20,502 nucleotides of DNA from Naegleria gruberi (Eukaryota): the NCBI GenBank assembly GCA_000004985.1, contig GG738953.1; one strand, given 5' to 3'. Of this stretch, positions 1 through 9,249 are shown piece by piece. Within the stretch, counting starts at the first letter, position 1, and every line of letters begins with the position of its first letter. The notes under the pieces were generated by a model that did no database searches, was not told where the DNA came from, and saw only the letters and a list, made by a program, of their open reading frames with translations. The translations under genes were made by a program, and so were the position numbers.

Positions 1-4
1 TCCT

Positions 5-634
5 TTAGCAGGACTTGAAATTATTGAAATAAGTTTTGGTATTCTCTGAAAATTCGGTAAATTGTTCCTTCACTTTTTCATGGGAGTGTTTCATTTCAAA
101 ATTAATATCAAGAATGTTCTTTTCCAATTCTACTGATTTCTTATCACAATTACCACTTCCAGTCATTGCCTCCTTCAATTCAATACCTCTCTTGAAAGCA
201 TGAGCAGATTCTAAATAATCCCCACAATGATACAATGCCACACCATAAACAAAATTCCACACATAGGTCGCATCCAAACTCTCATCCAAATGCAATGCAA
301 GTTTGATATCCTCCAAAGCTCCCTCATATTTCATAGCAGCCAATCTCACCACAGCTCTCTGCACATGCAATCTGGCAACTTGTGGATCTTGTGTAGTGTC
401 GGCCTTGATCTTTCCTTCCAATTTACTCTCAGCAATTAATTGTTTTCGGAATAAAATCTTCTCCTTCAAGTCCTTTGAAATATGACTCACTCCACTCTCA
501 ATCTTTTCATTATTCTTTCTGATGCTAACATCAATGGAATGAACCAAATTGATGACCCGAGAAACAGCTAACATTCCCACTCCTAAAGGAAAGAAGAGAA
601 TGAGAAGAGGTCCTGAAATTGGTGAGCCACACAT
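5..634 (-). CDS. TPR-repeat protein with N-terminal transmembrane anchor (Tom70/Tom20-like architecture); partial, because the 3' end continues past the window start.
   Basis: The ATG at 634-632 sits in an 'aacaacATGt' context. The N-terminal hydrophobic helix LLILFFPLGVGMLAVSRVI is followed by a charged linker. Two TPR-like helix pairs follow (AAMKYEGALEDIKLALHLD and YVWNFVYGVALYHCGDYLESAHAFKRGIEL). The open frame runs to the window edge with no stop. Confidence 0.5.
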   Translation of the reverse strand: MCGSPISGPLLILFFPLGVGMLAVSRVINLVHSIDVSIRKNNEKIESGVSHISKDLKEKILFRKQLIAESKLEGKIKADTTQDPQVARLHVQRAVVRLAAMKYEGALEDIKLALHLDESLDATYVWNFVYGVALYHCGDYLESAHAFKRGIELKEAMTGSGNCDKKSVELEKNILDINFEMKHSHEKVKEQFTEFSENTKTYFNNFKSC

Positions 635-1076
635 GTTGTTTCTTGACTTTAGATAACGATGATGAATTTGGTGTTTATAATAAACAGGTGATAGATACCA
701 AAATCCTGGTTTTCAACGTTTTTTTTTGAAGAAATACTGGAACTACGCATCACCAAGTTCATCACAGTAAAAATTCTGATGCAAATATACATTCACATTA
801 CCTCTTTCTTAAATGACCAAAATGGAGAATGCTCAAGGTCTTTTCTTATTGATTACACTCAAGTAAATCCCTAATACAATTCAGTTTTGAGATAGGATAT
901 GAAGATGAAACATGAAGGATTGTATTGTGGTTGATTAATAAATTTTAATTAAGAGGTAGCTCAATATGAACTCTATCCTTAATAATGAAATATTGAGCAA
1001 CTTGGAACTTGCAGCATCTACTAAATCAAAGTGAGTCTGTTATCACCAGACATATGTGAACAATTTAGTTTAAATC

Positions 1077-1359
1077 TCAAACAATGAAAGAAAATATTAA
1101 TCCCATATTCGAACCTATACTAATACCAAAGAGCAAGAAAAAGGTCATCATTGTTCCAGCAATTTCCTTCTCGTTATTCTCTACACACTGAGGAGCAAAC
1201 ATCATCAATAATGAGCACAAGTAACCATTCGAAATTGAGACAAGGAAAATTGAAAAGAGTGGGAAGGCGTCGTAAACATAATCATTATAACCAAATAGGC
1301 TAGGTCTATAATAAAATAAAAAGAGTGGTACGAAAAATACTCTCAATAACACTGGAATG
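1077..1359 (-). CDS. C-terminal fragment of a polytopic membrane protein; the 5' part is lost in the N run.
   Basis: The open frame emerging from the N run ends at TGA 1077-1079. Its ~90 aa are strongly hydrophobic and look like 2-3 TM helices (IPVLLRVFFVPLFLFYY..., MTFFLLFGISIGSNMGLIFSFIV). No family assignment is possible. Confidence 0.3.
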
Positions 1360-4300
1360 NNNNNNNNNNNNNNNNNNNNNNNNNNNNNNNNNNNNNNNNN
1401 NNNNNNNNNNNNNNNNNNNNNNNNNNNNNNNNNNNNNNNNNNNNNNNNNNNNNNNNNNNNNNNNNNNNNNNNNNNNNNNNNNNNNNNNNNNNNNNNNNNN
1501 NNNNNNNNNNNNNNNNNNNNNNNNNNNNNNNNNNNNNNNNNNNNNNNNNNNNNNNNNNNNNNNNNNNNNNNNNNNNNNNNNNNNNNNNNNNNNNNNNNNN
1601 NNNNNNNNNNNNNNNNNNNNNNNNNNNNNNNNNNNNNNNNNNNNNNNNNNNNNNNNNNNNNNNNNNNNNNNNNNNNNNNNNNNNNNNNNNNNNNNNNNNN
1701 NNNNNNNNNNNNNNNNNNNNNNNNNNNNNNNNNNNNNNNNNNNNNNNNNNNNNNNNNNNNNNNNNNNNNNNNNNNNNNNNNNNNNNNNNNNNNNNNNNNN
1801 NNNNNNNNNNNNNNNNNNNNNNNNNNNNNNNNNNNNNNNNNNNNNNNNNNNNNNNNNNNNNNNNNNNNNNNNNNNNNNNNNNNNNNNNNNNNNNNNNNNN
1901 NNNNNNNNNNNNNNNNNNNNNNNNNNNNNNNNNNNNNNNNNNNNNNNNNNNNNNNNNNNNNNNNNNNNNNNNNNNNNNNNNNNNNNNNNNNNNNNNNNNN
2001 NNNNNNNNNNNNNNNNNNNNNNNNNNNNNNNNNNNNNNNNNNNNNNNNNNNNNNNNNNNNNNNNNNNNNNNNNNNNNNNNNNNNNNNNNNNNNNNNNNNN
2101 NNNNNNNNNNNNNNNNNNNNNNNNNNNNNNNNNNNNNNNNNNNNNNNNNNNNNNNNNNNNNNNNNNNNNNNNNNNNNNNNNNNNNNNNNNNNNNNNNNNN
2201 NNNNNNNNNNNNNNNNNNNNNNNNNNNNNNNNNNNNNNNNNNNNNNNNNNNNNNNNNNNNNNNNNNNNNNNNNNNNNNNNNNNNNNNNNNNNNNNNNNNN
2301 NNNNNNNNNNNNNNNNNNNNNNNNNNNNNNNNNNNNNNNNNNNNNNNNNNNNNNNNNNNNNNNNNNNNNNNNNNNNNNNNNNNNNNNNNNNNNNNNNNNN
2401 NNNNNNNNNNNNNNNNNNNNNNNNNNNNNNNNNNNNNNNNNNNNNNNNNNNNNNNNNNNNNNNNNNNNNNNNNNNNNNNNNNNNNNNNNNNNNNNNNNNN
2501 NNNNNNNNNNNNNNNNNNNNNNNNNNNNNNNNNNNNNNNNNNNNNNNNNNNNNNNNNNNNNNNNNNNNNNNNNNNNNNNNNNNNNNNNNNNNNNNNNNNN
2601 NNNNNNNNNNNNNNNNNNNNNNNNNNNNNNNNNNNNNNNNNNNNNNNNNNNNNNNNNNNNNNNNNNNNNNNNNNNNNNNNNNNNNNNNNNNNNNNNNNNN
2701 NNNNNNNNNNNNNNNNNNNNNNNNNNNNNNNNNNNNNNNNNNNNNNNNNNNNNNNNNNNNNNNNNNNNNNNNNNNNNNNNNNNNNNNNNNNNNNNNNNNN
2801 NNNNNNNNNNNNNNNNNNNNNNNNNNNNNNNNNNNNNNNNNNNNNNNNNNNNNNNNNNNNNNNNNNNNNNNNNNNNNNNNNNNNNNNNNNNNNNNNNNNN
2901 NNNNNNNNNNNNNNNNNNNNNNNNNNNNNNNNNNNNNNNNNNNNNNNNNNNNNNNNNNNNNNNNNNNNNNNNNNNNNNNNNNNNNNNNNNNNNNNNNNNN
3001 NNNNNNNNNNNNNNNNNNNNNNNNNNNNNNNNNNNNNNNNNNNNNNNNNNNNNNNNNNNNNNNNNNNNNNNNNNNNNNNNNNNNNNNNNNNNNNNNNNNN
3101 NNNNNNNNNNNNNNNNNNNNNNNNNNNNNNNNNNNNNNNNNNNNNNNNNNNNNNNNNNNNNNNNNNNNNNNNNNNNNNNNNNNNNNNNNNNNNNNNNNNN
3201 NNNNNNNNNNNNNNNNNNNNNNNNNNNNNNNNNNNNNNNNNNNNNNNNNNNNNNNNNNNNNNNNNNNNNNNNNNNNNNNNNNNNNNNNNNNNNNNNNNNN
3301 NNNNNNNNNNNNNNNNNNNNNNNNNNNNNNNNNNNNNNNNNNNNNNNNNNNNNNNNNNNNNNNNNNNNNNNNNNNNNNNNNNNNNNNNNNNNNNNNNNNN
3401 NNNNNNNNNNNNNNNNNNNNNNNNNNNNNNNNNNNNNNNNNNNNNNNNNNNNNNNNNNNNNNNNNNNNNNNNNNNNNNNNNNNNNNNNNNNNNNNNNNNN
3501 NNNNNNNNNNNNNNNNNNNNNNNNNNNNNNNNNNNNNNNNNNNNNNNNNNNNNNNNNNNNNNNNNNNNNNNNNNNNNNNNNNNNNNNNNNNNNNNNNNNN
3601 NNNNNNNNNNNNNNNNNNNNNNNNNNNNNNNNNNNNNNNNNNNNNNNNNNNNNNNNNNNNNNNNNNNNNNNNNNNNNNNNNNNNNNNNNNNNNNNNNNNN
3701 NNNNNNNNNNNNNNNNNNNNNNNNNNNNNNNNNNNNNNNNNNNNNNNNNNNNNNNNNNNNNNNNNNNNNNNNNNNNNNNNNNNNNNNNNNNNNNNNNNNN
3801 NNNNNNNNNNNNNNNNNNNNNNNNNNNNNNNNNNNNNNNNNNNNNNNNNNNNNNNNNNNNNNNNNNNNNNNNNNNNNNNNNNNNNNNNNNNNNNNNNNNN
3901 NNNNNNNNNNNNNNNNNNNNNNNNNNNNNNNNNNNNNNNNNNNNNNNNNNNNNNNNNNNNNNNNNNNNNNNNNNNNNNNNNNNNNNNNNNNNNNNNNNNN
4001 NNNNNNNNNNNNNNNNNNNNNNNNNNNNNNNNNNNNNNNNNNNNNNNNNNNNNNNNNNNNNNNNNNNNNNNNNNNNNNNNNNNNNNNNNNNNNNNNNNNN
4101 NNNNNNNNNNNNNNNNNNNNNNNNNNNNNNNNNNNNNNNNNNNNNNNNNNNNNNNNNNNNNNNNNNNNNNNNNNNNNNNNNNNNNNNNNNNNNNNNNNNN
4201 NNNNNNNNNNNNNNNNNNNNNNNNNNNNNNNNNNNNNNNNNNNNNNNNNNNNNNNNNNNNNNNNNNNNNNNNNNNNNNNNNNNNNNNNNNNNNNNNNNNN

Positions 4301-5705
4301 NNNNNNNNNNNNNNNNNNNNNNNNNNNNNNNNNNNNNNNNNNNNNNNNNNNNNNNNNNNNNNNNNNNNNNNNNNNNNNNNNNNNNNNNNNNNNNNNNNNN
4401 NNNNNNNNNNNNNNNNNNNNNNNNNNNNNNNNNNNNNNNNNNNNNNNNNNNNNNNNNNNNNNNNNNNNNNNNNNNNNNNNNNNNNNNNNNNNNNNNNNNN
4501 NNNNNNNNNNNNNNNNNNNNNNNNNNNNNNNNNNNNNNNNNNNNNNNNNNNNNNNNNNNNNNNNNNNNNNNNNNNNNNNNNNNNNNNNNNNNNNNNNNNN
4601 NNNNNNNNNNNNNNNNNNNNNNNNNNNNNNNNNNNNNNNNNNNNNNNNNNNNNNNNNNNNNNNNNNNNNNNNNNNNNNNNNNNNNNNNNNNNNNNNNNNN
4701 NNNNNNNNNNNNNNNNNNNNNNNNNNNNNNNNNNNNNNNNNNNNNNNNNNNNNNNNNNNNNNNNNNNNNNNNNNNNNNNNNNNNNNNNNNNNNNNNNNNN
4801 NNNNNNNNNNNNNNNNNNNNNNNNNNNNNNNNNNNNNNNNNNNNNNNNNNNNNNNNNNNNNNNNNNNNNNNNNNNNNNNNNNNNNNNNNNNNNNNNNNNN
4901 NNNNNNNNNNNNNNNNNNNNNNNNNNNNNNNNNNNNNNNNNNNNNNNNNNNNNNNNNNNNNNNNNNNNNNNNNNNNNNNNNNNNNNNNNNNNNNNNNNNN
5001 NNNNNNNNNNNNNNNNNNNNNNNNNNNNNNNNNNNNNNNNNNNNNNNNNNNNNNNNNNNNNNNNNNNNNNNNNNNNNNNNNNNNNNNNNNNNNNNNNNNN
5101 NNNNNNNNNNNNNNNNNNNNNNNNNNNNNNNNNNNNNNNNNNNNNNNNNNNNNNNNNNNNNNNNNNNNNNNNNNNNNNNNNNNNNNNNNNNNNNNNNNNN
5201 NNNNNNNNNNNNNNNNNNNNNNNNNNNNNNNNNNNNNNNNNNNNNNNNNNNNNNNNNNNNNNNNNNNNNNNNNNNNNNNNNNNNNNNNNNNNNNNNNNNN
5301 NNNNNNNNNNNNNNNNNNNNNNNNNNNNNNNNNNNNNNNNNNNNNNNNNNNNNNNNNNNNNNNNNNNNNNNNNNNNNNNNNNNNNNNNNNNNNNNNNNNN
5401 NNNNNNNNNNNNNNNNNNNNNNNNNNNNNNNNNNNNNNNNNNNNNNNNNNNNNNNNNNNNNNNNNNNNNNNNNNNNNNNNNNNNNNNNNNNNNNNNNNNN
5501 NNNNNNNNNNNNNNNNNNNNNNNNNNNNNNNNNNNNNNNNNNNNNNNNNNNNNNNNNNNNNNNNNNNNNNNNNNNNNNNNNNNNNNNNNNNNNNNNNNNN
5601 NNNNNNNNNNNNNNNNNNNNNNNNNNNNNNNNNNNNNNNNNNNNNNNNNNNNNNNNNNNNNNNNNNNNNNNNNNNNNNNNNNNNNNNNNNNNNNNNNNNN
5701 NNNNN
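1360..5705. other. Run of 4346 N (assembly gap or hard-masked repeat).
   Basis: A literal n-run is present. The odd length suggests an estimated-size scaffold gap or masked repeat. Confidence 0.99.
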
Positions 5706-6273
5706 TAATAATCGACATGTTGATATCATGAAGCATGATTTGATACTATTCTCGTTCAATGGAACGGGAAAGACGTGGCTTACTTGTTTGTATTGTTTGC
5801 AACAAATATTGGCGGGAAAAGTTAGGAGAGTCATTGTAGTTTGTCCAATATTGGAATATTGTCATCAATATGAAGAAAACTTAAAGACAATGATTGGATC
5901 TACTACTGATTCACAAGATGTTTTCTCATTCAAAATATTGAATAGTGCAACAGAAACGAAGGAATCAACGAAACATGTTAATATTATCATTAGTAGTTTA
6001 TCGAGATTGTTGGGATTTATTAGAAGAGGAATTATTGATACAACAGATGTGGATTTAATTATAGTGGATGATTTCGAATATTCAAAATCGTTGAATTCAT
6101 TGCAAGATTTCAAATATTTCTTTTCAAGATTTAACAACGCAAGAGCGATTGTTTCAACTGAAGGTGATAAGAAGATAATTCCACCAGTATTGAATAATCC
6201 TGCAATACTTTGTAGTATTCCTTTCAGTAATGAAAGTTATTACAATTACATCAATTTTGTTGGAAATCATTGA
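5706..6273 (+). CDS. Helicase-like P-loop ATPase domain fragment (SF1 UvrD/PIF1-like RecA domain 1A: motifs I, Ia, II, III); the 5' end is in the gap and the frame ends at TGA 6271-6273.
   Basis: The frame is open from the gap edge. Walker A is FNGTGKTWL. A motif Ia-like VIVVCPILEYCHQ follows. A motif II-like LIIVDDFEYS (compare UvrD VDEFQD, PIF1 LIIDEISM) lies ~93 aa after Walker A. A motif III-like IVSTEGDKKIIPPV (compare GDxxQLPPV) lies ~30 aa later. The order and spacing are canonical. The DE->DD and SAT/LVGD->STEG substitutions suggest a degenerate or inactive ATPase. Confidence 0.5.
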
Positions 6274-6322
6274 GCATATCAACATCACTAATCTTTTGAT
6301 ATCTCAAAAATTGGATTTGAAG

Positions 6323-6386
6323 AACCATTGATTTGTACCTAAAGCGAGTATTGGAGTATTGGCATACAGTTATTAGTTTACCAAAT
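6323..6386 (+). CDS. Putative upstream exon of the F-box-like gene (the 5' boundary is uncertain and there is no ATG, so a further upstream exon is required).
   Basis: In frame after TGA 6318-6320 the sequence reads ..IDLYLKRVLEYWHTVISLPN. It ends in a complete codon at 6386, followed directly by the donor GTAAGG (6387-6392). Joining it to the 6529 exon gives ISLPN|VVSLSLVCKEWNRI, which is F-box consensus ..LP..L..L.VCK.W..I. Alternative acceptor AGs lie at 6321/6322 or 6343/6344. Confidence 0.3.
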
Positions 6387-6528
6387 GTAAGGGCCTTGCC
6401 TAGTGTTATGAGTTATTATCGTGCACATGGAGTGAGTCCATCCCCAAACGTGTTATTAAATGAAACTAAACAAATTATAATTTAATAATTGAAAATGCAT
6501 AAACTAATCATTTCTGGATTATTCACAG

Positions 6529-7188
6529 GTTGTAAGTCTCTCCCTTGTATGCAAGGAGTGGAATCGGATAGCAAGTTGCAATGATTTGTGGGAATTTTAC
6601 TTTCATTTACTTTCGAATAATCGGAAGGGAAAAACAAAAGTTTCTTCCGATACTATTTCACAAGATGAAAATTTCTGGAAACACAAAATGAGAGATAATT
6701 TCACTCAATATGCTTGCAGAGTTTCTAACAAGATTACACTTTATCAAAATTATTTACAAATTTGTGAATTGAAAGGAAATTTCCCTAACAAGTTTTCATC
6801 ACAATTGACCAGAATGATTCTAGCAAGAATGATGATCAATTCCATTCAATATACAGATGATTTAAACCTTAAACCATTCCAACAATATTTGGGGTTTAAA
6901 GAGCACTTTCATGCAACTATACATTTCAAGTTGACTGTGAAAATTAGTGGAATTGATGAGCCACTAATTGTAAGAACCAACTCGTATATTTACAAAGGAG
7001 ATATACCCTATTTTAGTTATCATTATTTAGATAATTATTACTTGTACTTTGCTAAGGAAAGTGATGACAAATTAAGGAATGAAATATTTATGAATGAGCC
7101 TTGTCCAGTTTACCGAATAAACGTGATTTTCCGCTTTTCGATTTCTTTTCGGTTGCGTTTTGTTAATAAAATTTTTGTTTTTATTTGA
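6529..7188 (+). CDS. F-box-like protein, main exon (the second half of the F-box is followed by a ~200-aa domain of unknown function).
   Basis: The acceptor is ttctggattattcacag|GTT at 6528/6529, with a branch-like 'aaactaat' ~20 nt upstream. The exon opens with VVSLSLVCKEWNRIASCNDLW, the diagnostic C-terminal half of an F-box. The open frame continues 220 codons to TGA 7186-7188. The last ~30 codons (EPCPVYRINVIFRFSISFRLRFVNKIFVFI) are low-complexity and overlap the 3' end of the transposase gene on the other strand, so the true stop or 3' exon is uncertain. Confidence 0.5.
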   Translation, partial: VVSLSLVCKEWNRIASCNDLWEFYFHLLSNNRKGKTKVSSDTISQDENFWKHKMRDNFTQYACRVSNKITLYQNYLQICELKGNFPNKFSSQLTRMILARMMINSIQYTDDLNLKPFQQYLGFKEHFHATIHFKLTVKISGIDEPLIVRTNSYIYKGDIPYFSYHYLDNYYLYFAKESDDKLRNEIFMNEPCPVYRINVIFRFSISFRLRFVNKIFVFI

Positions 7189-8086
7189 AAAGAACATTTG
7201 GTGGTTGTTTGCGGACAGGTTGAAAGCTGAGTGACAAGTTTGTCAACTTAGAGCAAATACGAACAATTCGTTGGTGCTTTTTAAGGTCACCTCTATAGGT
7301 ATGATGTACTATTTTAAACTTTTTAAATCTTCCGATTACTTGTTCAACAACAACTCTTCCTTGTCCTAATGTCTTGTTGTAGGATGCATCAAACGAAGAG
7401 AGCGATTGTCCTTTTTTCGCTTTCACTGGCGAAATTACGTGTTTTGCTTTTTTGTACGCTTTATCACCTAACACTCTTTCGTCTGGACCAATGTTCGGTT
7501 CTTTTTCTTGCAACCATTCATCCCACATCTTTTTGTCATGCATCGCACCAGGATACGCATTTGAAACATCAAGAATTTTCGCTGTTGTCAAACTCACTAA
7601 CATTTGATACTTCAATGCATGCATTCGCTTTTTATACGAATAATACAATTTCTGTTTGGCCCATAGTTTTTGCTTTTCGATTCTGCTTAATCCGGATTTC
7701 TTTCTACCAGACGGATTTTCAATCCTACATTCTGTACCATCAACAACAACTTTAATCCTTCTGAACATACCAGTAGCTGTGTTATTAATATCTTTTCTAT
7801 CATCAATATTTAGTGGTGGTAGATTGTTATCTAATACTTTTTGTCCTTTTTCAATGTTTGTGAAATATGATGAACGTGAAACATTCCAGTAAACAGGATG
7901 AACAAGTGAATTCGGATAAAGTGTTAAATATTCCATCAATATTAAAAACCATTTTTCACTCAATTTGTACTTGATGAATTTGTTGTAAATATATTGAAGT
8001 TGAGTAGAAGAAAAGCCAAATGATGCTCTAAAAGCACGTTCGTTTCCTTTTGGAAAGATGTTTTTGTATGTTGAAAAGAGAGGCAT
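7181..8086 (-). CDS. PIF/Harbinger-superfamily DDE transposase (DDE_Tnp_4-like), an intact 301-aa ORF.
   Basis: An N-terminal HTH-like segment (RAFRASFGFSSTQLQYI) is followed by the three acidic-residue motifs in canonical order and spacing. These are VVDGTECRIENP (D1), AYPGAMHDKKMW (D2, compare G.PGS.HD) and LGDKAYKKAK (D3, compare LGDSGY). The C-terminal motif YNKTLGQGRVVVEQVIGRFKKFKIV (compare R..VE..FG.LK.RF..L) follows. There are no internal stops, the start is ATG at 8086-8084 and the stop is TAA at 7183-7181. Confidence 0.85.
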   Translation of the reverse strand: MPLFSTYKNIFPKGNERAFRASFGFSSTQLQYIYNKFIKYKLSEKWFLILMEYLTLYPNSLVHPVYWNVSRSSYFTNIEKGQKVLDNNLPPLNIDDRKDINNTATGMFRRIKVVVDGTECRIENPSGRKKSGLSRIEKQKLWAKQKLYYSYKKRMHALKYQMLVSLTTAKILDVSNAYPGAMHDKKMWDEWLQEKEPNIGPDERVLGDKAYKKAKHVISPVKAKKGQSLSSFDASYNKTLGQGRVVVEQVIGRFKKFKIVHHTYRGDLKKHQRIVRICSKLTNLSLSFQPVRKQPPNVLFK

Positions 8087-8148
8087 TTTATTCGAATCCT
8101 AAATATTTAAATTTAAAAAATATTCGAATAAAAAGTTTCGAAAAAAAA
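8087..8148. promoter_or_regulatory. 62-bp AT-rich divergent intergenic region with three TTCGAA-core palindromes (a putative bidirectional promoter or protein-binding site).
   Basis: The region lies between the ATG at 8086 (- strand) and the ATG at 8149 (+ strand). ATTCGAAT occurs at 8090-8097, TATTCGAATA at 8121-8130 and TTTCGAAA at 8136-8143. Confidence 0.35.
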
Positions 8149-9249
8149 ATGCCTCCAAAGAAAGCCACTTCAGGAAAAGAAAAACCAAAAGAGAAACCGG
8201 TAGAGAAAAAAGCGGTTGAAGCGAAGCCTCGGTTTTTAGCAGCAGACAAGGTAAAATTAAAGGATTTTTACTTAAAAAACAAGAAAGCAGGTGTAAAGCA
8301 AGAGAGTGTGTTTACTTCATTCGGCCAACTTTATGGTTATTCTAATTCACAAGTGAGAAGAGCATATTATTCGATTTTCGGTAAACAAAAAACAAAAAAC
8401 GAAACCGAAACCGAACCGGAAGATGACGATGTTTCCGAAAATGTTGATGATGATATGATAGAAAGACAAGAATTTACTGATAGAATGGACAGTTATCTTG
8501 CTGAATCTGAGCAAAAAACTGAGAAGAAGAGAAAGAGACAACTTGAGAAGGAGCCAACTTATGATGATGATGATGATGAATGTGATTACGAACAATCAGA
8601 TGAAGATTACGAATATTCGGATGAAGATATTTTACCGGCAACTCCGTCGAAAGTAACAAAAGTAGTGAGCATTAATGACAAATCAACAAGTTTATTCCGT
8701 CCTTTTAGATTCGAATCAGAAACTCATCGCTTCATCATTTATAGATTTCCCACATGGACTGATTTTAAATTTTCACATGTGGAGATGTCAAAAGAAAAGA
8801 TGATAGTTATTCATGTGAAGATTAATGCTAAACTTTCCGAAAGTTGTGTAGTAGAATCTTTCGCTCCATTTGCGAAAAATTTAAAAGCGAACACTGACAG
8901 AAAGGATGAACAGTTCACCATCAAAGAACCGGTTCCGAAAGATGTTGATGTTAAAACTGTAAAGTGTGGTCCTTTGAATTTGAAAGGCGTTTACGATTTG
9001 GATGACCGTGTATTCGCAGTGCTATTAGAAAAGAAATTGCAAACATTCGCACCAACTTTTGATGCTAATGAATTGTCAAATTTCATTGCGAAGGCTTCTG
9101 TTACAAGTAGCTCTTCTGACACACAACTTGTCAACACTCAAACATCACAAGCGCTTACCAGCAACTCCACTGCCGCCACAACAGAAGATGCAACCGGCAA
9201 CAAAGAAATCGCAAACGCAACTCAAAACACAAGAGAAGAGTCTGAATAA
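8149..9249 (+). CDS. Lysine-rich N-terminal / acidic-central protein (366 aa); a possible Harbinger ORF2 partner or a host chromatin-type protein.
   Basis: ATG 8149 sits in an 'aaaaaaaaATGc' context. The ORF is uninterrupted to TAA 9247-9249. The N-terminal region is rich in K/E/P (MPPKKATSGKEKPKEKPVEKK). A helix-rich aromatic segment (FLAADKVKLKDFYLKNK...FGQLYGYSNSQVRRAYYSIF) is followed by an acidic tract DDDDDECDYEQSDEDYEYSDED, then a beta-rich segment and an S/T-rich tail. The longer ORF start at 8050 was rejected because it overlaps the transposase start on the opposite strand. Confidence 0.55.
   Translation: MPPKKATSGKEKPKEKPVEKKAVEAKPRFLAADKVKLKDFYLKNKKAGVKQESVFTSFGQLYGYSNSQVRRAYYSIFGKQKTKNETETEPEDDDVSENVDDDMIERQEFTDRMDSYLAESEQKTEKKRKRQLEKEPTYDDDDDECDYEQSDEDYEYSDEDILPATPSKVTKVVSINDKSTSLFRPFRFESETHRFIIYRFPTWTDFKFSHVEMSKEKMIVIHVKINAKLSESCVVESFAPFAKNLKANTDRKDEQFTIKEPVPKDVDVKTVKCGPLNLKGVYDLDDRVFAVLLEKKLQTFAPTFDANELSNFIAKASVTSSSSDTQLVNTQTSQALTSNSTAATTEDATGNKEIANATQNTREESE
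8563..8580 (+). repeat. (GAT)5-GAA microsatellite inside the CDS, encoding DDDDDE.
   Basis: The literal sequence gatgatgatgatgatgaa lies in frame with the 8149 ORF. Confidence 0.6.

Larger units (their letters stand above)
7181..9249. mobile_element. Harbinger/PIF-like two-ORF unit (transposase plus divergently transcribed partner ORF). The element termini, TIRs and TSD were not identified, and the right end may lie in the N run.
   Basis: Autonomous Harbinger elements characteristically carry a DDE transposase plus a second DNA-binding (Myb/SANT-like) protein gene. Here an intact transposase is separated by 62 bp from a divergently oriented 366-aa ORF. I found no inverted terminal repeats in 6980-7180 versus 9250-9326. 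Confidence 0.4.

Noticed and set aside
227-485. Plus-strand ORFs of 70 and 60 aa antisense to the TPR gene.
   Set aside because: They lie antisense within a better-supported CDS and have no features.
5706-5834. Minus-strand ORF start MTLLTFPANICCKQYKQVSHVFPVPL... entering gap 1.
   Set aside because: It is antisense to the helicase-motif-bearing plus frame. It is open only because it runs into the N run.
8050-8148. Upstream extension of ORF2 starting at ATG 8050 (MERCFCMLKREAFYSNPKYLNLKNIRIKSFEKK).
   Set aside because: It overlaps the transposase start codon region on the opposite strand and the palindrome-rich intergenic DNA. ATG 8149 has the A-rich context seen at other genes, and the product begins with a coherent K/P-rich tract.
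8347-8659. Minus-strand ORFs (82 and 61 aa, including an HHHHHH run) and plus-strand ORFs 7369-7755 and 7656-7892.
   Set aside because: They are antisense to, or out of frame within, the ORF2 and transposase coding sequences. Their low-complexity translation comes from the GAT/GAA repeats.
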